The notes under the pieces were generated by a model, which was not told where the DNA came from, ran no database searches, and worked only from the letters and a program-made list of their open reading frames with translations. Both the position numbers and the translations under genes were made by a program. Positions 28,431 to 41,605 of a stretch of DNA of 64,000 nucleotides are shown piece after piece (positions within the stretch are counted from its first letter, which is position 1; each line of letters opens with the position of its first letter). This stretch comes from Ancylonema sp. (taxonomy: Eukaryota). Location of the stretch: the NCBI GenBank assembly GCA_050230475.1, contig JBFLGF010000176.1, forward strand, positions 1 to 64,000. The letters are read 5' to 3'.

Positions 28431-29117
28431 GCTGGGCAGGGGTTCTGTCTATGTCATCACTTGTTGATTAATAGTCACCAGTTTTTTCTCTCAGCAGTCA
28501 TTTAGGTTATATGTGCAGGCATGTAGACAATAAACAAGAATATATGTCAAGACATGTCATGATTTTGTTTATCCAGAGGTACACGATGCAGCTCTTACAG
28601 CCTTGTTTGGTCCATTGTAAGATGTTTTGACTCATTGTAGTAGAGAGAATAATAGAGATCCAACCGTATATACAAAATTGCATGTCCGGTCATGCGCGAT
28701 ACTACTGATAAATACTCAAGTTGTCTTTACAACCTACCCTGCGTGCTAGCTTGTGTGGAGTTCGTCAAATATGCATAAGAACTTATTGCAATCGACTCTT
28801 CCTTTTGCCATGTCTAACTTGCTACCTATTATTTATTGGGCAACATCACTATCAGCGGTATTGGAGGTGCATTTCATAAGGTCTACGGCAGGGGCACAGT
28901 GTGTGCTCTGAATCGGTTGATGAGTGAACCTGATCCCTGGTTGTGTTTAGAGCTAAGCTGGTCTAAGGAAGCCTTGTGCCCTGTAACTAAATGGCGACCT
29001 TACATTTATAAACTCTACCTGGAAATGTAGGGTGAAAGGGACCTTCAAACAACAATTTGAAGCGCAGTCACAAAACACGTCTGCCAAAGGACAAACACTT
29101 CCGCTACTAGTTTCACA

Positions 29118-30714
29118 CTACTGTTTCTTGTGGCGGCAAACAAACCCACGACAAACAGAGAGATAGATGATCAATCCAAGCACCAAGAGGAGTACCAAGA
29201 TGGCAATCTTTACCTGCAAGCAGCCCCATTACGACTTCGAGTTACAAACTACAACCACATTGCATCTCACAACAGACTAACACATTGACATCAAATATCA
29301 GACATCAAATACATCAAGTTGATGTATTTGATGATGGATGTCATCAACCATCCTCATTATACTACAGCTGCACAAATATTGACATGAGAGGATTAATCAG
29401 AATTACTTGCGAACGGAGCCATAAATGCTCTAGCTAGATGTAAAAGATCACACTATGACAGATCCCTGGATGGTGGAGACCTGGTGGTCTAAAGGCAGAC
29501 TTTGAAATCAATTGAATATTTTTGAATCGCTCTCAATGAGGGGTATATTAGAATGGCAATGCGTAGGTTGACAAGCGTACTTCCTCTGATAGGTTGTGTT
29601 TCTTACCTTCCCATTCTCGAGCCACATCTTGTTTCTTAACGATTTGCCTTTCTTCTGAAATTCCGATGCCTGCGATCTCAGCATCTCGGATTTCTCCGTC
29701 AGGTTCTCAATCTTTTCTCCTCGACTAAGAATCTGTACATCGAGAGCACCCAAGAAGAAAATGCGGCCCCATCGTCAAAGCCATCGTCCTGGAGGTTCAA
29801 ATGCAAATAGTATGGAGACAGTGCCACAAAAACAACACCGACCTGCCAAGTGTTAGAGCCAAGGGTTTTACCTTGTCGATATTTCCGGCCATGGCGGTCT
29901 TGACCTCATTGACCTGGGCCTACAGCTTTTCCATCTTGTCGGACTCAGACGGCTGCTCCATGAAGGTTTTCATATGAGCCTTCAGTGATGGCCTGAGCAA
30001 TGAAACGGTCAAGCACGGAGTTAGATGTGATATCACACTCCCCTTGAAAGTCCCATTTCCGGAAAACATCAGTGACAACCGGCCAGATCCGTTATTTTTA
30101 GCTTAGGTTTCAACAAACCCAGTCCTAGAAGCATGAAACTATATCTCCTGAACATCGATATTGCCGTCGATACTCACCCGTATTCTTTGGTGAGGCACGA
30201 AGGAGCCGACCCTTTCTGTAGTTGGGGGCTTGCTTTGTAACGCATCTGAAAATCGTCCTTGACTTTGATGAGAAACGCATGTGGAAGGCTCCGGCCACAA
30301 GATTCGTCGGTTGCGACCGTGTATGCTGTTCAAGTAACAAGACAGACGTCAGCAGAATACACGCTGAGGGCGCACACATTCAGGGAGACGTCCCTGTGCC
30401 CAGATGAAGCAGGTGAAATCTACTGAAAAAGCAGAGTGTATTTGACAGAGACCTCTAGAACAGCGCAGACATCGATGGCACGAGGGCTACAAATCAGGGT
30501 TGAACGACCTACTATATTCGCCTTCCACCAGGTAATGGTACTGCTTTCCATCCTGATGATATGACAGCTTGCAGTTGTTGGCAGGGAGTTTCTCAAGGAG
30601 TTTCGCCGCTGTGGCCCCAAAGTTTCCCGGTAGGTAAGCGTATTCTGTCAGCACTGTCTTGTTTCTGAAAACGGCACTGTATATGAACTTCGGCACTGCT
30701 TTTTCAGCGGCCAT
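29118..30714 (-). CDS. VAMP72: Second, more divergent longin R-SNARE VAMP72-like (multi-exon)
   Basis: FIYSAVFRNKTVLTEYAYLPGNF; TYTVATDESCGRSLPHAFLIKVKDDF; ILSRGEKIENLTEKSEMLRSQA; KMWLENGKVK; TM ending SVCRGFVCRHKKQ*. Confidence 0.93.
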
Positions 30715-31473
30715 GGCTTCTATTCTGTTCTGAACGTGGTCGACTGTGGAAATCTGCCCTGATGACGTTTTTCAGCTCAACTAGTTCACAAGGACAACAT
30801 TTATGACTCACCCCGTTCTCATACTCGGCCGTTGTGAGACAGCTGGTGACACACCCCCACATCTGCACCTCTCGCGCATGTCCTTTCGCTTACTCAAGGT
30901 ACACAGAGGTTCAAAGTGAAGCTGGCCTTCAGTCCTGCCGGTCTCGGACACCATTTACGGAAGGCGCCATTGGAGCATGCGCGCTCGCTCGCAGCATGAG
31001 CAGATCAAGCAGGTCAAGGGGGATTGAACCGGTCAACGCTTCACCGCACCCATCTTCGTTCGTGCTGTCCGACGAACTTGGAAACTCGTGGAACCGCGTT
31101 CCCGGTTGAATAAACGTATCACGGGTACTGGTTGTATCCCGGTTTGGTGGCCAACACTTTTTGTAAGTTACATGTGTATCACGGGTTACGCTTGGGAAAA
31201 AATGGTTACCGTGATACAATGGTCACTATCACCAACGGGATACTACGGTACTAGTCGACGTAAAGTCTACCACTGTAGACTCTGCAAGTGTGCTCACATT
31301 GAAGTCGAACACGTGTCCGCTCAACAGAAGTTGGCAGTAGTTGACGCCCGAATGCTGACAAGAGAGCACCGCTACTAGCACAGTAGAGTGGCAGAAGTGA
31401 TTGACTGATCACCACTGACGGAATCCTCGCTGGAAATTAATTCACGATCTTGATACACGATCATTATTTGGCT

Positions 31474-34400
31474 ATGGCTGCTCGCATCCTTACCAAGAGG
31501 GGGATAGTTACGAGAATAGCTGCATATGTCAGCATACCTACTAATATAGTTTGCCGTTCTTTCCTTAATTGCACTACTGAAATATGTGTTGCACCCAAAG
31601 TGAATTCTCCTAACAATTTCTTTCATCAACACCGCGTTGATACGTTTGGACTGCGGAAGCAATCACCACCAAAATGTTCCGCTGCATCTCTATCTTCCAC
31701 TACTTTGACCCGACACCCCGCGCTGGAGGGCAGCCAGAGAGTAGTTTCACAATCCGATTTACTGATAAGTTTGATTCCGGTAGTCTCGTCAGTAATGTAC
31801 AACAATGCTGGTAGCAATGCTGTAACTGGTTGTGGCCAGTGGCGTTGCACCCTGGCTATGAGGAAACAGTTGCAATCATATAAGCAGTCGAAAATTATTT
31901 TCCAAGTTGGAGGAATCCGGACCCACACTGGCCATTCTCACGGAGGGGGAGGATCCAGTGAGCTGGGAGTGTCTATAAAAGAAGCGGGTCCAGGAGGGGA
32001 GGCTGCGGAGAGAATGATGCGTATTGGACTAGTAGCTGACATCTTGCTGACAGTGGGGAAGGGGGCAGCCGGATTTGTGTCCGGAAGCGCAGCAATCATT
32101 GCCGATGCTGCGCATTCGCTTTCAGATATAGTAAGTCTAACTTTTAATTTGCGGACCTGGAGGTTACTCACCGAGCCTAGAAGGAGGTGTTGTTCAGAAT
32201 GAAAGATGAACATTGTGGGTTCATATCTTGGTTCATCTTGTTTCTGTGCACACAGATTCAGCTCTTATCGCCCCGAAGAAATGCTAATAAATAGGAAATG
32301 TGACCAAAACTCAATCGCCTGTCCTGGTTAAACATATTGCGCCAAACTTTGGCACTCCAGAAACGAGATGCAGTGCTGCCAGACCACATACTTTCATAAC
32401 GACAATATGATCGTTGGTAACCTCTTCCGTAGATGCTCAGTGGAGTGAGCCTATGGTCGGTGCGAGTGGCTCGAGCGCCTAGCAACAAAACATATCCCTA
32501 CGGTGTGTTCACTTCGCCCTGCACAAAAAATCACTCCCCAAGGACCCTTGCACCCTCCATCTCACCACCGGAGTTTTATAACTTTTTATTTGCCTTTTTT
32601 CGGGTGATCGAATCCATGGGTGTGGTCCAGTGTGGGTGGGCAGGACACGGAAAGTTTGAGACACTTGGCGCAATGGGAGTGGCTCTGCTGCTGGTGGGCA
32701 CCGGGGGAGGCATTGCCTGGCATGCCTTGGGGACGCTGCAGGTCCCCCTCCACCACGACCACCTATCTGCTGCCACCATCTGCTGACTAGCGACCAGAAT
32801 AGCACCTCCCACCAACCATGAAATCTTGAGCACCGCCAACGTTGTGTGCATCTGCAGAGAATGTTAACCAACCTCTGCTTACAAAGATTTCATTTTATGA
32901 ATGTACTCTTGTGTACCCCAGGAACTCATTCCCGAACTGGGAAGCTTCTTGGGAAGTGTAGGCGGCCACGTGCACGGAGCAAGTGGGGCCCACACGCATG
33001 GAGTGGACATGAGCAACATGGCAGTTGCACTTTCAGCTGCCGTCCTCTCCATCGGGGTCAAGGAAGGGTGGGCCCACCCTCTCTCAACCGCCCCCCCCCC
33101 AACCACCACGACCTGATCGACTCCGGCCCATACCCTGCCTGTTCCTGCAGCCTCTATTGGTCCTTCAAATCTGTGGGCGACCGCTACGGCAGTCAGATCC
33201 TGAAGGCGCAGAGCTGGCACCACCGCAGCGACTCCTTCTCTTCTCTTGTGGCGTTGGTCGGAGTCGGTACGGAAGCCGCCTCCCTCCCGTTTTCTCTGCT
33301 GGTGCCCATTGGTGTTTGATAATGAGTTGACCATGCAGAGTTGTTCCTTTGTTTATCTGTTTCGTTTTGTGGGCATCGCAGGTGGTTCCATGGTTGGTGT
33401 GCCTCTGCTGGACCCCTGTGCTGCTATGGTGGTGGGGGCCATGATCGTGAGGGCAGGTGGACAGATCAGTGTACAGAGGTACGACTTGTCCCTTCCTCCT
33501 TTCCTTCCAAACAGAGCAGAAGTTGCGGAATAAAGAGGAAAGCATGTGGAACATCATGCTCCTTTCCTTTCGTACAGCGGAGTGGTGATTGGTGATTGGT
33601 GATTGGTGATTGGTGATTGGTGATTGGTGATGATTGGAAAGCACAGCGGACGAGAGCTTGTCGACATCGGAGTGGGAGACGCAATCCTCGATCCCATTCG
33701 TGAGACTGTGCTCGATATCAACGGCGTACAGGTGTGGCCTGGTCCACGAAACATGCGGACCATCACGCCACCTGGACAAAACTCTGACAAAGCCGTGAGG
33801 GCGAATGGGTGTATGGTTGAATGCAGGGCTGCTCGTTTCTGCGGGGCCGGAAGATGGGGTCCTCAATACACGCCGATATTTTCATTCAGGTTCAGGGCAC
33901 CTCAAATCCAGCGCATCTGGCATGCAGGCCTGCATGCATGCAGCAGGTTTGTTAACCGGGTGGTGGTCGTGGACCCTCAGGTGGACCCGTTCCTGAGTGT
34001 GAGCGGGGCACATGCCATTGGGGAGACTGTTCGTCACACTCTCATCCACAAGTACCCGCTGCTGACGGAGGCGCAAATTCATATCGGTATTGCAGAATTC
34101 CTCTTGTATTTTCGCTCTAGATGAGACCGTGTTGCTCTTGCTGGAATATAATTTCGTCGTAGTTGATTCGAATGAGACTTTGCTGTGCACCAAAAGCAAG
34201 ACGCTTGGTTTTTTCGAGTCAATCAATTAAAGGAGTTATAAGAGTGTGTTTGTGCAGATGCTAGCGAGGGACGTTGTTGTTCCCCCCCTCTTGCTCTGTC
34301 AGAAGGGAATGAGGGGAAGGAGGGGGAAGGATTTATTACATCAGATCAGTCTGCGAGGGGGTGGCTTCCGAGGGATTTTGAGGTGGCAGTGGAGGGAGTG

Positions 34401-35080
34401 ATCAGGAAGAAGTTCAATGATAAGGTGCAATGGTGAAAGAATGGACGCTTCGTGGCGTTGTATCACAAAAATAAATCATGAAGTAAATCCTAAATAAGTC
34501 ATAAATTTACACTCTATTGTTATGCTGGAAATTCTTAGGTATGATTGCAGTTTTGACATTAAATTCAATTCGCAGAGATAGAGGTAGAGAGCATGCAGGG
34601 AAATCTCAACCGTGCTTCTTTGATCGCTGCAGATTGAGTTGCGGAAAGTCACTACTCACTTTTTGGTGAAAGAGGTGAAGCTGGATCTGAATGTGCGCAT
34701 GGACTCAGCTCAAGTGATCAGGTGACCATCGTCCTAAAACTGTTTGTGGTGGAACTTGTGAGATCTTGCTATCCAGAGAATCAGGCGGGACAGTTAGCAT
34801 TTCACTAATTGTGAGGGAAAGTTTTATGAAGATCCGTATTGTTTCATCTTTCTTTGCTTAGTGTATGAGGACACACGATTGTACTGATCTCATGCAATCT
34901 TCAGCTTTGAAAGTTTTGGTCAAGCAAATACAGTTGGGTTGCAGGGATGCTGAGACAATAGTGGGCGAGTTGCGGCGAGTGGTAATGGAGGAAATCGATG
35001 GAGTGTCCGATGTAGATGTGTTTCTACAATGTAACTCAAAGTTACGTAAGGATGTAGTTGTACCTGCGAGTTCTCGATAA
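31474..35080 (+). CDS. MTP6: Cation diffusion facilitator, MTP6/MTPC1-like (probably mitochondrial), multi-exon
   Basis: HTGHSHG; AIIADAAHSLSD; YPYGHGKFETLG; QSWHHRSD; LLDPCAAMVV; VDPFLSVSGAHAIGETVR dimerization domain; Arg/Ser-rich N-terminal presequence. Confidence 0.92.
33584..33637. repeat. Intronic heptamer repeat (GGTGATT)n
   Basis: About 7 tandem copies just upstream of a splice acceptor. Confidence 0.95.
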
Positions 35081-36005
35081 TAATACCGTAAATATTGACA
35101 ATATATTATAGTGTAATAAATGCAGATTTTGCGCAAAGAAAGCCTCTAAGTGGTAGCATTGTACAAAGCATTATTTTCTTCCTATCACTGATTGCTCGCA
35201 GGTTCCTTGACTGCTTCTCATTTCCGATTTTATTAAAGATATACTCTGCATGGTTAAATGTCACGATATACCTAAACAAGTACAGAATTGTGCACTCTAG
35301 ATGGTTGTCAATGTTTGCACTTCCTGATTTTCTAAAGAAGGCAATACCATTTTTTAGCACATTGATCTGACTGTCAATAAAATTCCCATGTTGTGCAAGA
35401 AAACCAAAGAAAAAGGCACAACTTCAAGGACTATTGAGATAGGATCATTGCCTGGTTGATGATGAGAAATGAAATCGTTTTGACAACCTACAGGCCTCCC
35501 ATTCGACCCTTCCAAATTTGGATACGAAATCCTCTCCATGATCCTATGAAAACCGTTTACAACCTGTCATGGGACCAAATCACTCCCAATGACCAACACT
35601 TGCCCACCATCAACATGACGAATGCTTCTCGAAATGTATGAAGCCTAAAATAGTAGCCCCCGAATATAGTAGCCTATACACACTCTGAAAGCGATACTAC
35701 CCAACACCTAAACAAATCGCCCTCCAGGCTCGAACATAAGTCAACATCCACCTCTAGACTCTCTGGCATACCAACACTCTTGACCAACTCCTCAAGGCCG
35801 ATCACAATTTATATCAGTTACATGGCCGTACCTGCCCGGCTATATACATTTGTACACATAAATCCGGGCTTCCTTTACATAGTTGTACGAAAATAATCGG
35901 CAAGTTATTGAACCCATAAAATGCAGAGCGACTGATTGATGAAAACTTCGTACCAGACTTTATCGTCATAATCTTTGGCATAATTCAGTTCGGCGCGTGG
36001 CCCGC

Positions 36006-37526
36006 CTACATGAACCTACAACGTTTTATTGCCACTGCAAGAACCACGAGGATGGTCATGAACACCATAGTCGCCAGGCGACTTCTGCCTTCCAGTCCCA
36101 GGCCTTCACGATTCCCACTGCCAGATGGCTCCCCACCATGCTGACCATCTTCTGAAGGTGTTGCAAACCCGAACACGGAGGCCAATTTTGAGGCTAAGGA
36201 GTCAACAAGCTCGCCAGCTTTTGCCGCGACCAATATTATCAAGTCCATCATAGATAAGGTCTTCTGCACCTGCTGTGTGTTGTCTACAACGTTGACCTGT
36301 GCAGCGTCGTCTACCAAAGTCAAGTGTGCCGTAGATTTCGCGAGGATTGCACGGACTTTGGCGTTGGAGCTGACTGCTGCCCACACGGCTTCGTCTGTTG
36401 CAAGAGACATCGCAACATCCTGCAAAAGTTTTCAGACCACTACCCTTCAGTGCTTGCACTCCATTGACACCAAAGCTTTTGAGTACTTACTTTGGCTTCC
36501 ACTGGGTCCTTCTCAAGCCAGTTGACCATGTCTCGAAAAGCATTTGAAGATGGTGAAACTGTCACGTGCAAGTCAAAAGCCTCCTGTAGTATAGCCGGCC
36601 GCTGCCGCTCAGTGGCGATCATAGGCACCATCATCAGAGCCGCTTCTGCCTTCGCAAGGCTTGCATCTGCCTCTGGCCATTGGTGGTGGACTTGAGTGGA
36701 AACGGGGGTATCTCCCGACCTGACGCAAGCGCAGAGGAGAACACAGACATCCGTTAGCTACATGACGCTCTGACATCCAGTCTGAAGCGCACATATCGTC
36801 TCTATACAATCCTGAATCTCTCTTAAACTCCATTTCCACCGTTCGAGGAGAGAAGCTGTGGACTGCGGACGAAGCAGCATACGCTTCATGAGCACCTTTG
36901 GCATGTGTCTGCAGAGCAATAAAAATGCCTCAAAGATGAAGGTCCACTCCAATATGACAATACCAATATGAAAGAGCCTCCAGAGCTCCAAATATGCAAA
37001 AGATTTCAGTACTGACCCGGTCAGACTCTCCACCAAGTATCTTGTCGCTTCCTCTGCCTCTTCAGCAGATGGAACCGGTCCAAAACTCTCTACGCTCCAA
37101 GAAGAGCTCTCAGACCTCACAAACTCCCACTCCGACTGATCCGCAGTATTTCTTGGCGAAGCGCCGGCACTGGCGTTAGCAGACTGCAATGGAGACGACG
37201 AACGTACTAAACCTTACTCTGCATGCTCTCACAGCTACACATCACAGCGACGTCACTCAGTCCAGCAGCCGAGCCTGCCTTTTCAAGTCAAATACAGTCG
37301 TAGTACCGCAACAGACAGGACAGGAAAACATTTCCATCGAATAGCGCCTGATCGTGTTACGACGAAGAGTGTCGACCGCTACGAAAGATGAAAACAAGCA
37401 CTTCAAGGAAATCTGTACCTTCGAAGACGGGCGGCGGAACGTGACAGAATTCGCTAAATGGCCGCTGGCCGTGGCAGCCGCCCCGGCTGCAGTGTTGAGG
37501 ACGATGCGAGGTGCTGTTCGCATCAT
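36006..37526 (-). CDS. Plant uncharacterised conserved protein, UCP012943-like, with C-terminal TM anchor (multi-exon)
   Basis: MMRTAPRIV start; SEWEF...FGPVPSAEEAEEAT; WLEKDPVEAK|DVAMSLATDEAVWAAVSSN; C-terminal hydrophobic helix followed by KR. Confidence 0.8.
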
Positions 37527-37761
37527 CCTGCGAGAGTAATTGCAGGAAGAGCGTGCGTACTGCAAAATGATTTCTCACCGGAGTCTCGGGGTGTGTGTAC
37601 ACAAATCCAGAGGCACTACCTTCACGCTAGCACTAGCAGTTTTCCAGCAGAAGATCCCTTCGGACTAGGGGGCGAAATTATATGCGCCGTGTTGACCCTT
37701 GGTCGGGGTCACCAGACCCAGGGATGGTAAATTAGGCCCTAAACTGCTCTCAGGGGGATTA

Positions 37762-38388
37762 CAGTGCTCCCTCGATATATCGACCCTCGATATAACGGCG
37801 ACCTCGATATAACGACAATTTTTTTGAACTTTTTTAAAATCAATATGAAATCGCCCTCGATATAAGCATAACGACACTCTATATAATGACAAATTATTTC
37901 AGACAAATTATTTTGTTACTGAATGTCGTTATACTGTGAATATAACGCTATTGCTCGCAGAAAACGATGTATGGAAATCGATAAAAATCTAGAACGGCAC
38001 CTCAAATTCTATATAGAATTCAATATAGGTCCAATAGAATGTGCGTGTCCGGTGTTGCTTTGTAACGACCTTAATACCTCCCCACCTCTCCTCGTAATAT
38101 TTTGTGGTATATTTTGTCCATCCGCATGTATTGGAATCATGACGCACTTGTATAGCTCGCATATCAATACACACGCTGAATTTAATAATCATGCCAAGGC
38201 AACTTACTCTAGGAAACACTTAATAAACACATTTGCTTATTCACTTTGCTTCATCATTCGCAAAGTCCCTCGATACAACGACATAGATTTCAGATAGTAG
38301 TAAATGTCGTTATACAGTGTATAACGACACCTCGATATAACGACACTTTTATGGGAAAACAAATTGTCGTTATATCGAGGGAGCACTG
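37762..38388. mobile_element. Tc1/mariner (pogo/Tigger-type) MITE
   Basis: Perfect TIR CAGTGCTCCCTCGATATA / TATATCGAGGGAGCACTG; TA TSD; CTCGATATAAC subterminal repeats. Confidence 0.93.
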
Positions 38389-38461
38389 TAGTATGTCAAC
38401 TCGGGGGTGCACCTAAACTGCTTCATTTTTAAGGTTGACATGTTTTTGGGTTGTTTTGGAC

Positions 38462-39007
38462 CATAGTTGACTCCGCCCCGGGTGAAACAAAAACCGCCCG
38501 GGACGGAATCGCCCGGGGTGGCACCCCATACGAAAAAATGGGGCGGAGCCAAAGGTTTGAGTACCTTTAAAAAAAAAACCGTGCAATGCGGAGATATGTG
38601 GATCGGTCAAATTTGTTTGAAATTGACTTCTTTGAGAATCTTGATGCCATACGCCATACGCCACACGTCAGTCATCATCTCTTGTCAACATAAGTCCGGC
38701 TACATGGCGTGGCGTCGCAGAATACGAGGAAATGGAAAAAGTAACAACTATAAACTGAAATACATATAAGATTATTTCTCGTATGAAGATGGCTGGCGCA
38801 CTTATACGTGTTATAAAACTCGAATACTTGTCGGATTTGTTTTACTAGAGAGAAGCACATGACCTACGTGGTCTTGGAATTATTTTGACACAAAAAAACT
38901 ATTGAGGCTCCGCATCGGACGGAATGTTTTCCGCCCGAAGCGCCATCCGGGGCGGGCCCGCCCGGAGAGGAAAACGGGGCGGAATTAGCGGGGCGGAGCC
39001 AACTTTG
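38462..39007. mobile_element. hAT-like MITE family B
   Basis: TIRs CATAGTTGACTCCGCCCCG / CGGGGCGGAGCCAACTTTG; near-TSD TTTTGGAC / TTTTGACA. Confidence 0.82.
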
Positions 39008-39754
39008 TTTTGACAATGGTGCTTCTAAGAAATTGCCATTCCAATGCATAAATGTTTGTTTCTGAAGGATAACTTCGAAATCATTAGACAAAACGGGACT
39101 CACCACGTTTGAAAGAGCCCATGTTCAACCACATTCACTATATCATGTATATTTGATCTCCTGCATCATTCTGGAAAAGAAACACATTTGGTTTTCCCAA
39201 CATATATTTGAGCTTATGGTACATTAAAAGAAAAACTTGGAGATTAGAACTTCGAGATTTAAAAAATTGGAGTCTAAAATCTTTAAAAAAAAACAAACTC
39301 GAAGTGAAAAACAAAGAGAGAACGACTCGAAGCATCGCTGATTGCGTAGTGACTTTATGACGTACTCCATCGCCGCATTTTCTCTACACATTGGCACTTA
39401 TTTTATAATCGACAACCACAAACGCGTAATAAAGTATTACGCGTATTATTAGTAGTATTAATTTTTTCATTACAAAATTAAGGGGAGAGGAGCGTGTCTA
39501 AGTTAATGGCCGTGCAAGGAAATTGATGGAATTCATTACATTATTCAAACAATTCTTATCTCGCTACATCATCATATCCCTATAAAGTGACGCGTGTTTC
39601 GTCATTTAGGACCACAAGTGTCGAAATATTTCCGAAAGCTTCCTTTTCATCAAGGGGCCAGGCGCGCTTTCAGATGCCTCATTCATTGCCACTACGTCAA
39701 TAGAGTCCGGTCAATACGATTTGGTTTGAGGCCTATAGTAAAAAAAAAACACAT

Positions 39755-39880
39755 TGGCAGAGCAATTAAGGCCCTGAATTGACGGTTGGGAGTGGAAATC
39801 GCCCCTAAATTGTCCCTAAATCGAAAGCACGTCATGTTAGGGTATCTAGGGGTGATTTTCCGGCGTACCCTTATTATGCG
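39755..39880 (+). repeat. Dispersed repeat, homologous to 56950-57070
   Basis: AGCAATTAAGGCCCTGAATTGACGGTTGGGAGTGGAAATCGCCCCTAAA...GGCGTACCCTT matches AACAATTTAGGCCCTAACTTGATGGTTGGGGGTGGGAAATGCCCCTAAA...GGCGTACCCTT. Confidence 0.75.
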
Positions 39881-39999
39881 CAAACATACAAACCGGGTTC
39901 ATTTTGAACTTGTTCCAATTTTATCAATATTGTTGGGATGGAAGTTATAGGAATAAACCTCAATACCGATACAAAACTAGTTCAAAACCTCGTGAAACC

Positions 40000-40530
40000 C
40001 AGGGATGGCAAACAAGCCCTAGATCGCTCTCTCGGGGCTAATAATCATAAAACCTTAATTAAGAGCTACCCCCAAATTGCTTATTTGCTAAAGTACTCAT
40101 GTTTTTTGCACCTTTTGGTAGGTATGAACACGGTGGTGTCGCTGAAAACTTTACATTCCAATGGATTTATGTGCTTCAAACACACTTTCGAAACGATTTG
40201 ACAAAGCGGGACTCACTACCGTTGTGAGAGCCCGTAAACGACCACAATCACACTTATCGTTTATGTATGATCTACTGCATTGTTTTGATTTACAAACAAC
40301 GTTTTTTTTTCCCCACCATCTCTTTGCGTAGATTATAAATTTGGAAAACTTAAAAGAATGTTTCAGCTCGTGGTGTCTCAAATGTCGAAAGAGTTAAAAA
40401 CATCAAAGTGACAAGCACAGCGAGAACGATTGATGGCATCGCTAATTGCGTATTCACTATTAAAGAAATCCAATGCCATATTTCTCCACACACTGCTGAT
40501 ACTTATTTTTTCATATACAACCACGAATTG
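40000..40530. mobile_element. hAT-derived repeat family C copy 2
   Basis: CAGGGATGGCA start; diverged direct-repeat homology to 37719-39430. Confidence 0.6.
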
Positions 40531-41268
40531 AAAAATAATACAACATTGAAATTTGTCATCACAAGTTTGAGAGGAACATGTAGAGTGGTGGTCTACTCTT
40601 AACCCGGAATACCCGTAACCCGTAGCCCTAATGTAGGATCCTGGAAATAGCCCGGCAACCAAAATTTGAGTTCAAAACCCGGAAAAAAACCGGGAAAACC
40701 ATTGTACTTGGAAATACACGATGTACTTCAGGGTTGGTTTGATTTTTCCGGGTTGATCATGGTATTTGAGGGTACATCAGGGTAGGTCGGGGTAGGTTCC
40801 CCCGGATTTTTTATTTTGTTTTTGTAGGTCTCTCATCTCCGAATTTTTGTTTTGAATCAAAGAACTTGTGCGGCCTGGTCGTGGGCTCAAAAAACATCAA
40901 GAAAAGGTCCTCCGGCGCAAGTGGAAACAACAGCAAAGGGCGTGCCTCTCAAAGGAAAGTGGGGATGGAGAAAGTCTTCCCTCGCAACAATATTATCGGG
41001 TACATTGGAGCCCCTTAGCACGAAACAAAGCCGTAGATAAATCTCATGTAAAAATTCCCATATAGTATTTCAATGATCGTTCCTACCTTGGTGAGTTTAC
41101 GTTGTGAAGAAATTCTTTAATTTGGGGTTTTGCAATATGCTACATGTGGACCAATAAGGGTGTTTGTGTACATTTGTTAATTTCCTTTCCACTCTCTATT
41201 GGACCTTCATTGAAAAACAATATGCATGCTGTGCAATTTCACACTATCAAGTGTCTAAAAAGGGACTA

Positions 41269-41605
41269 CCGTACCAGCCAGAGATAACGCGCGATAAAAT
41301 ATTTGCAATTTTACCTGGCGCACACGTTTTTGGCGCGTACTAAAATAATTATTTTGAACACGCTGGCGCGTAATTTTAATGCAAATAAATTAATAAAATC
41401 GACGATAATTTGGCGCAGTACAAAAATCCAATACAAAAAAAATACAAAACACCTGGCGCAGTTAAAAAGTATTTATTCAAAATTTGCCTGGCGCACACTT
41501 TTGGCGCGTACTAATTAATTGAAAAATCGTTGGCGCAACTGTTTGGAGCGTACTTCTATTAATTAATATTTCGATTTGGTGGCGCATTATCTCTGGCTGG
41601 TACGG
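41269..41605. mobile_element. Tc1/mariner-type MITE with CCGTA termini
   Basis: Perfect TIR CCGTACCAGCCAGAGATAA / TTATCTCTGGCTGGTACGG; TA TSD; internal TGGCGC motifs. Confidence 0.92.

Larger units (their letters stand above)
37719..39430. mobile_element. hAT-derived repeat family C copy 1, interrupted by two younger MITEs
   Basis: Starts with Ac-like CAGGGATGG. After removing 37762-38390 and 38462-39015 it is collinear with 40000-40530 (e.g. GACAAAACGGGACTCACCAC vs GACAAAGCGGGACTCACTAC). Confidence 0.6.
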
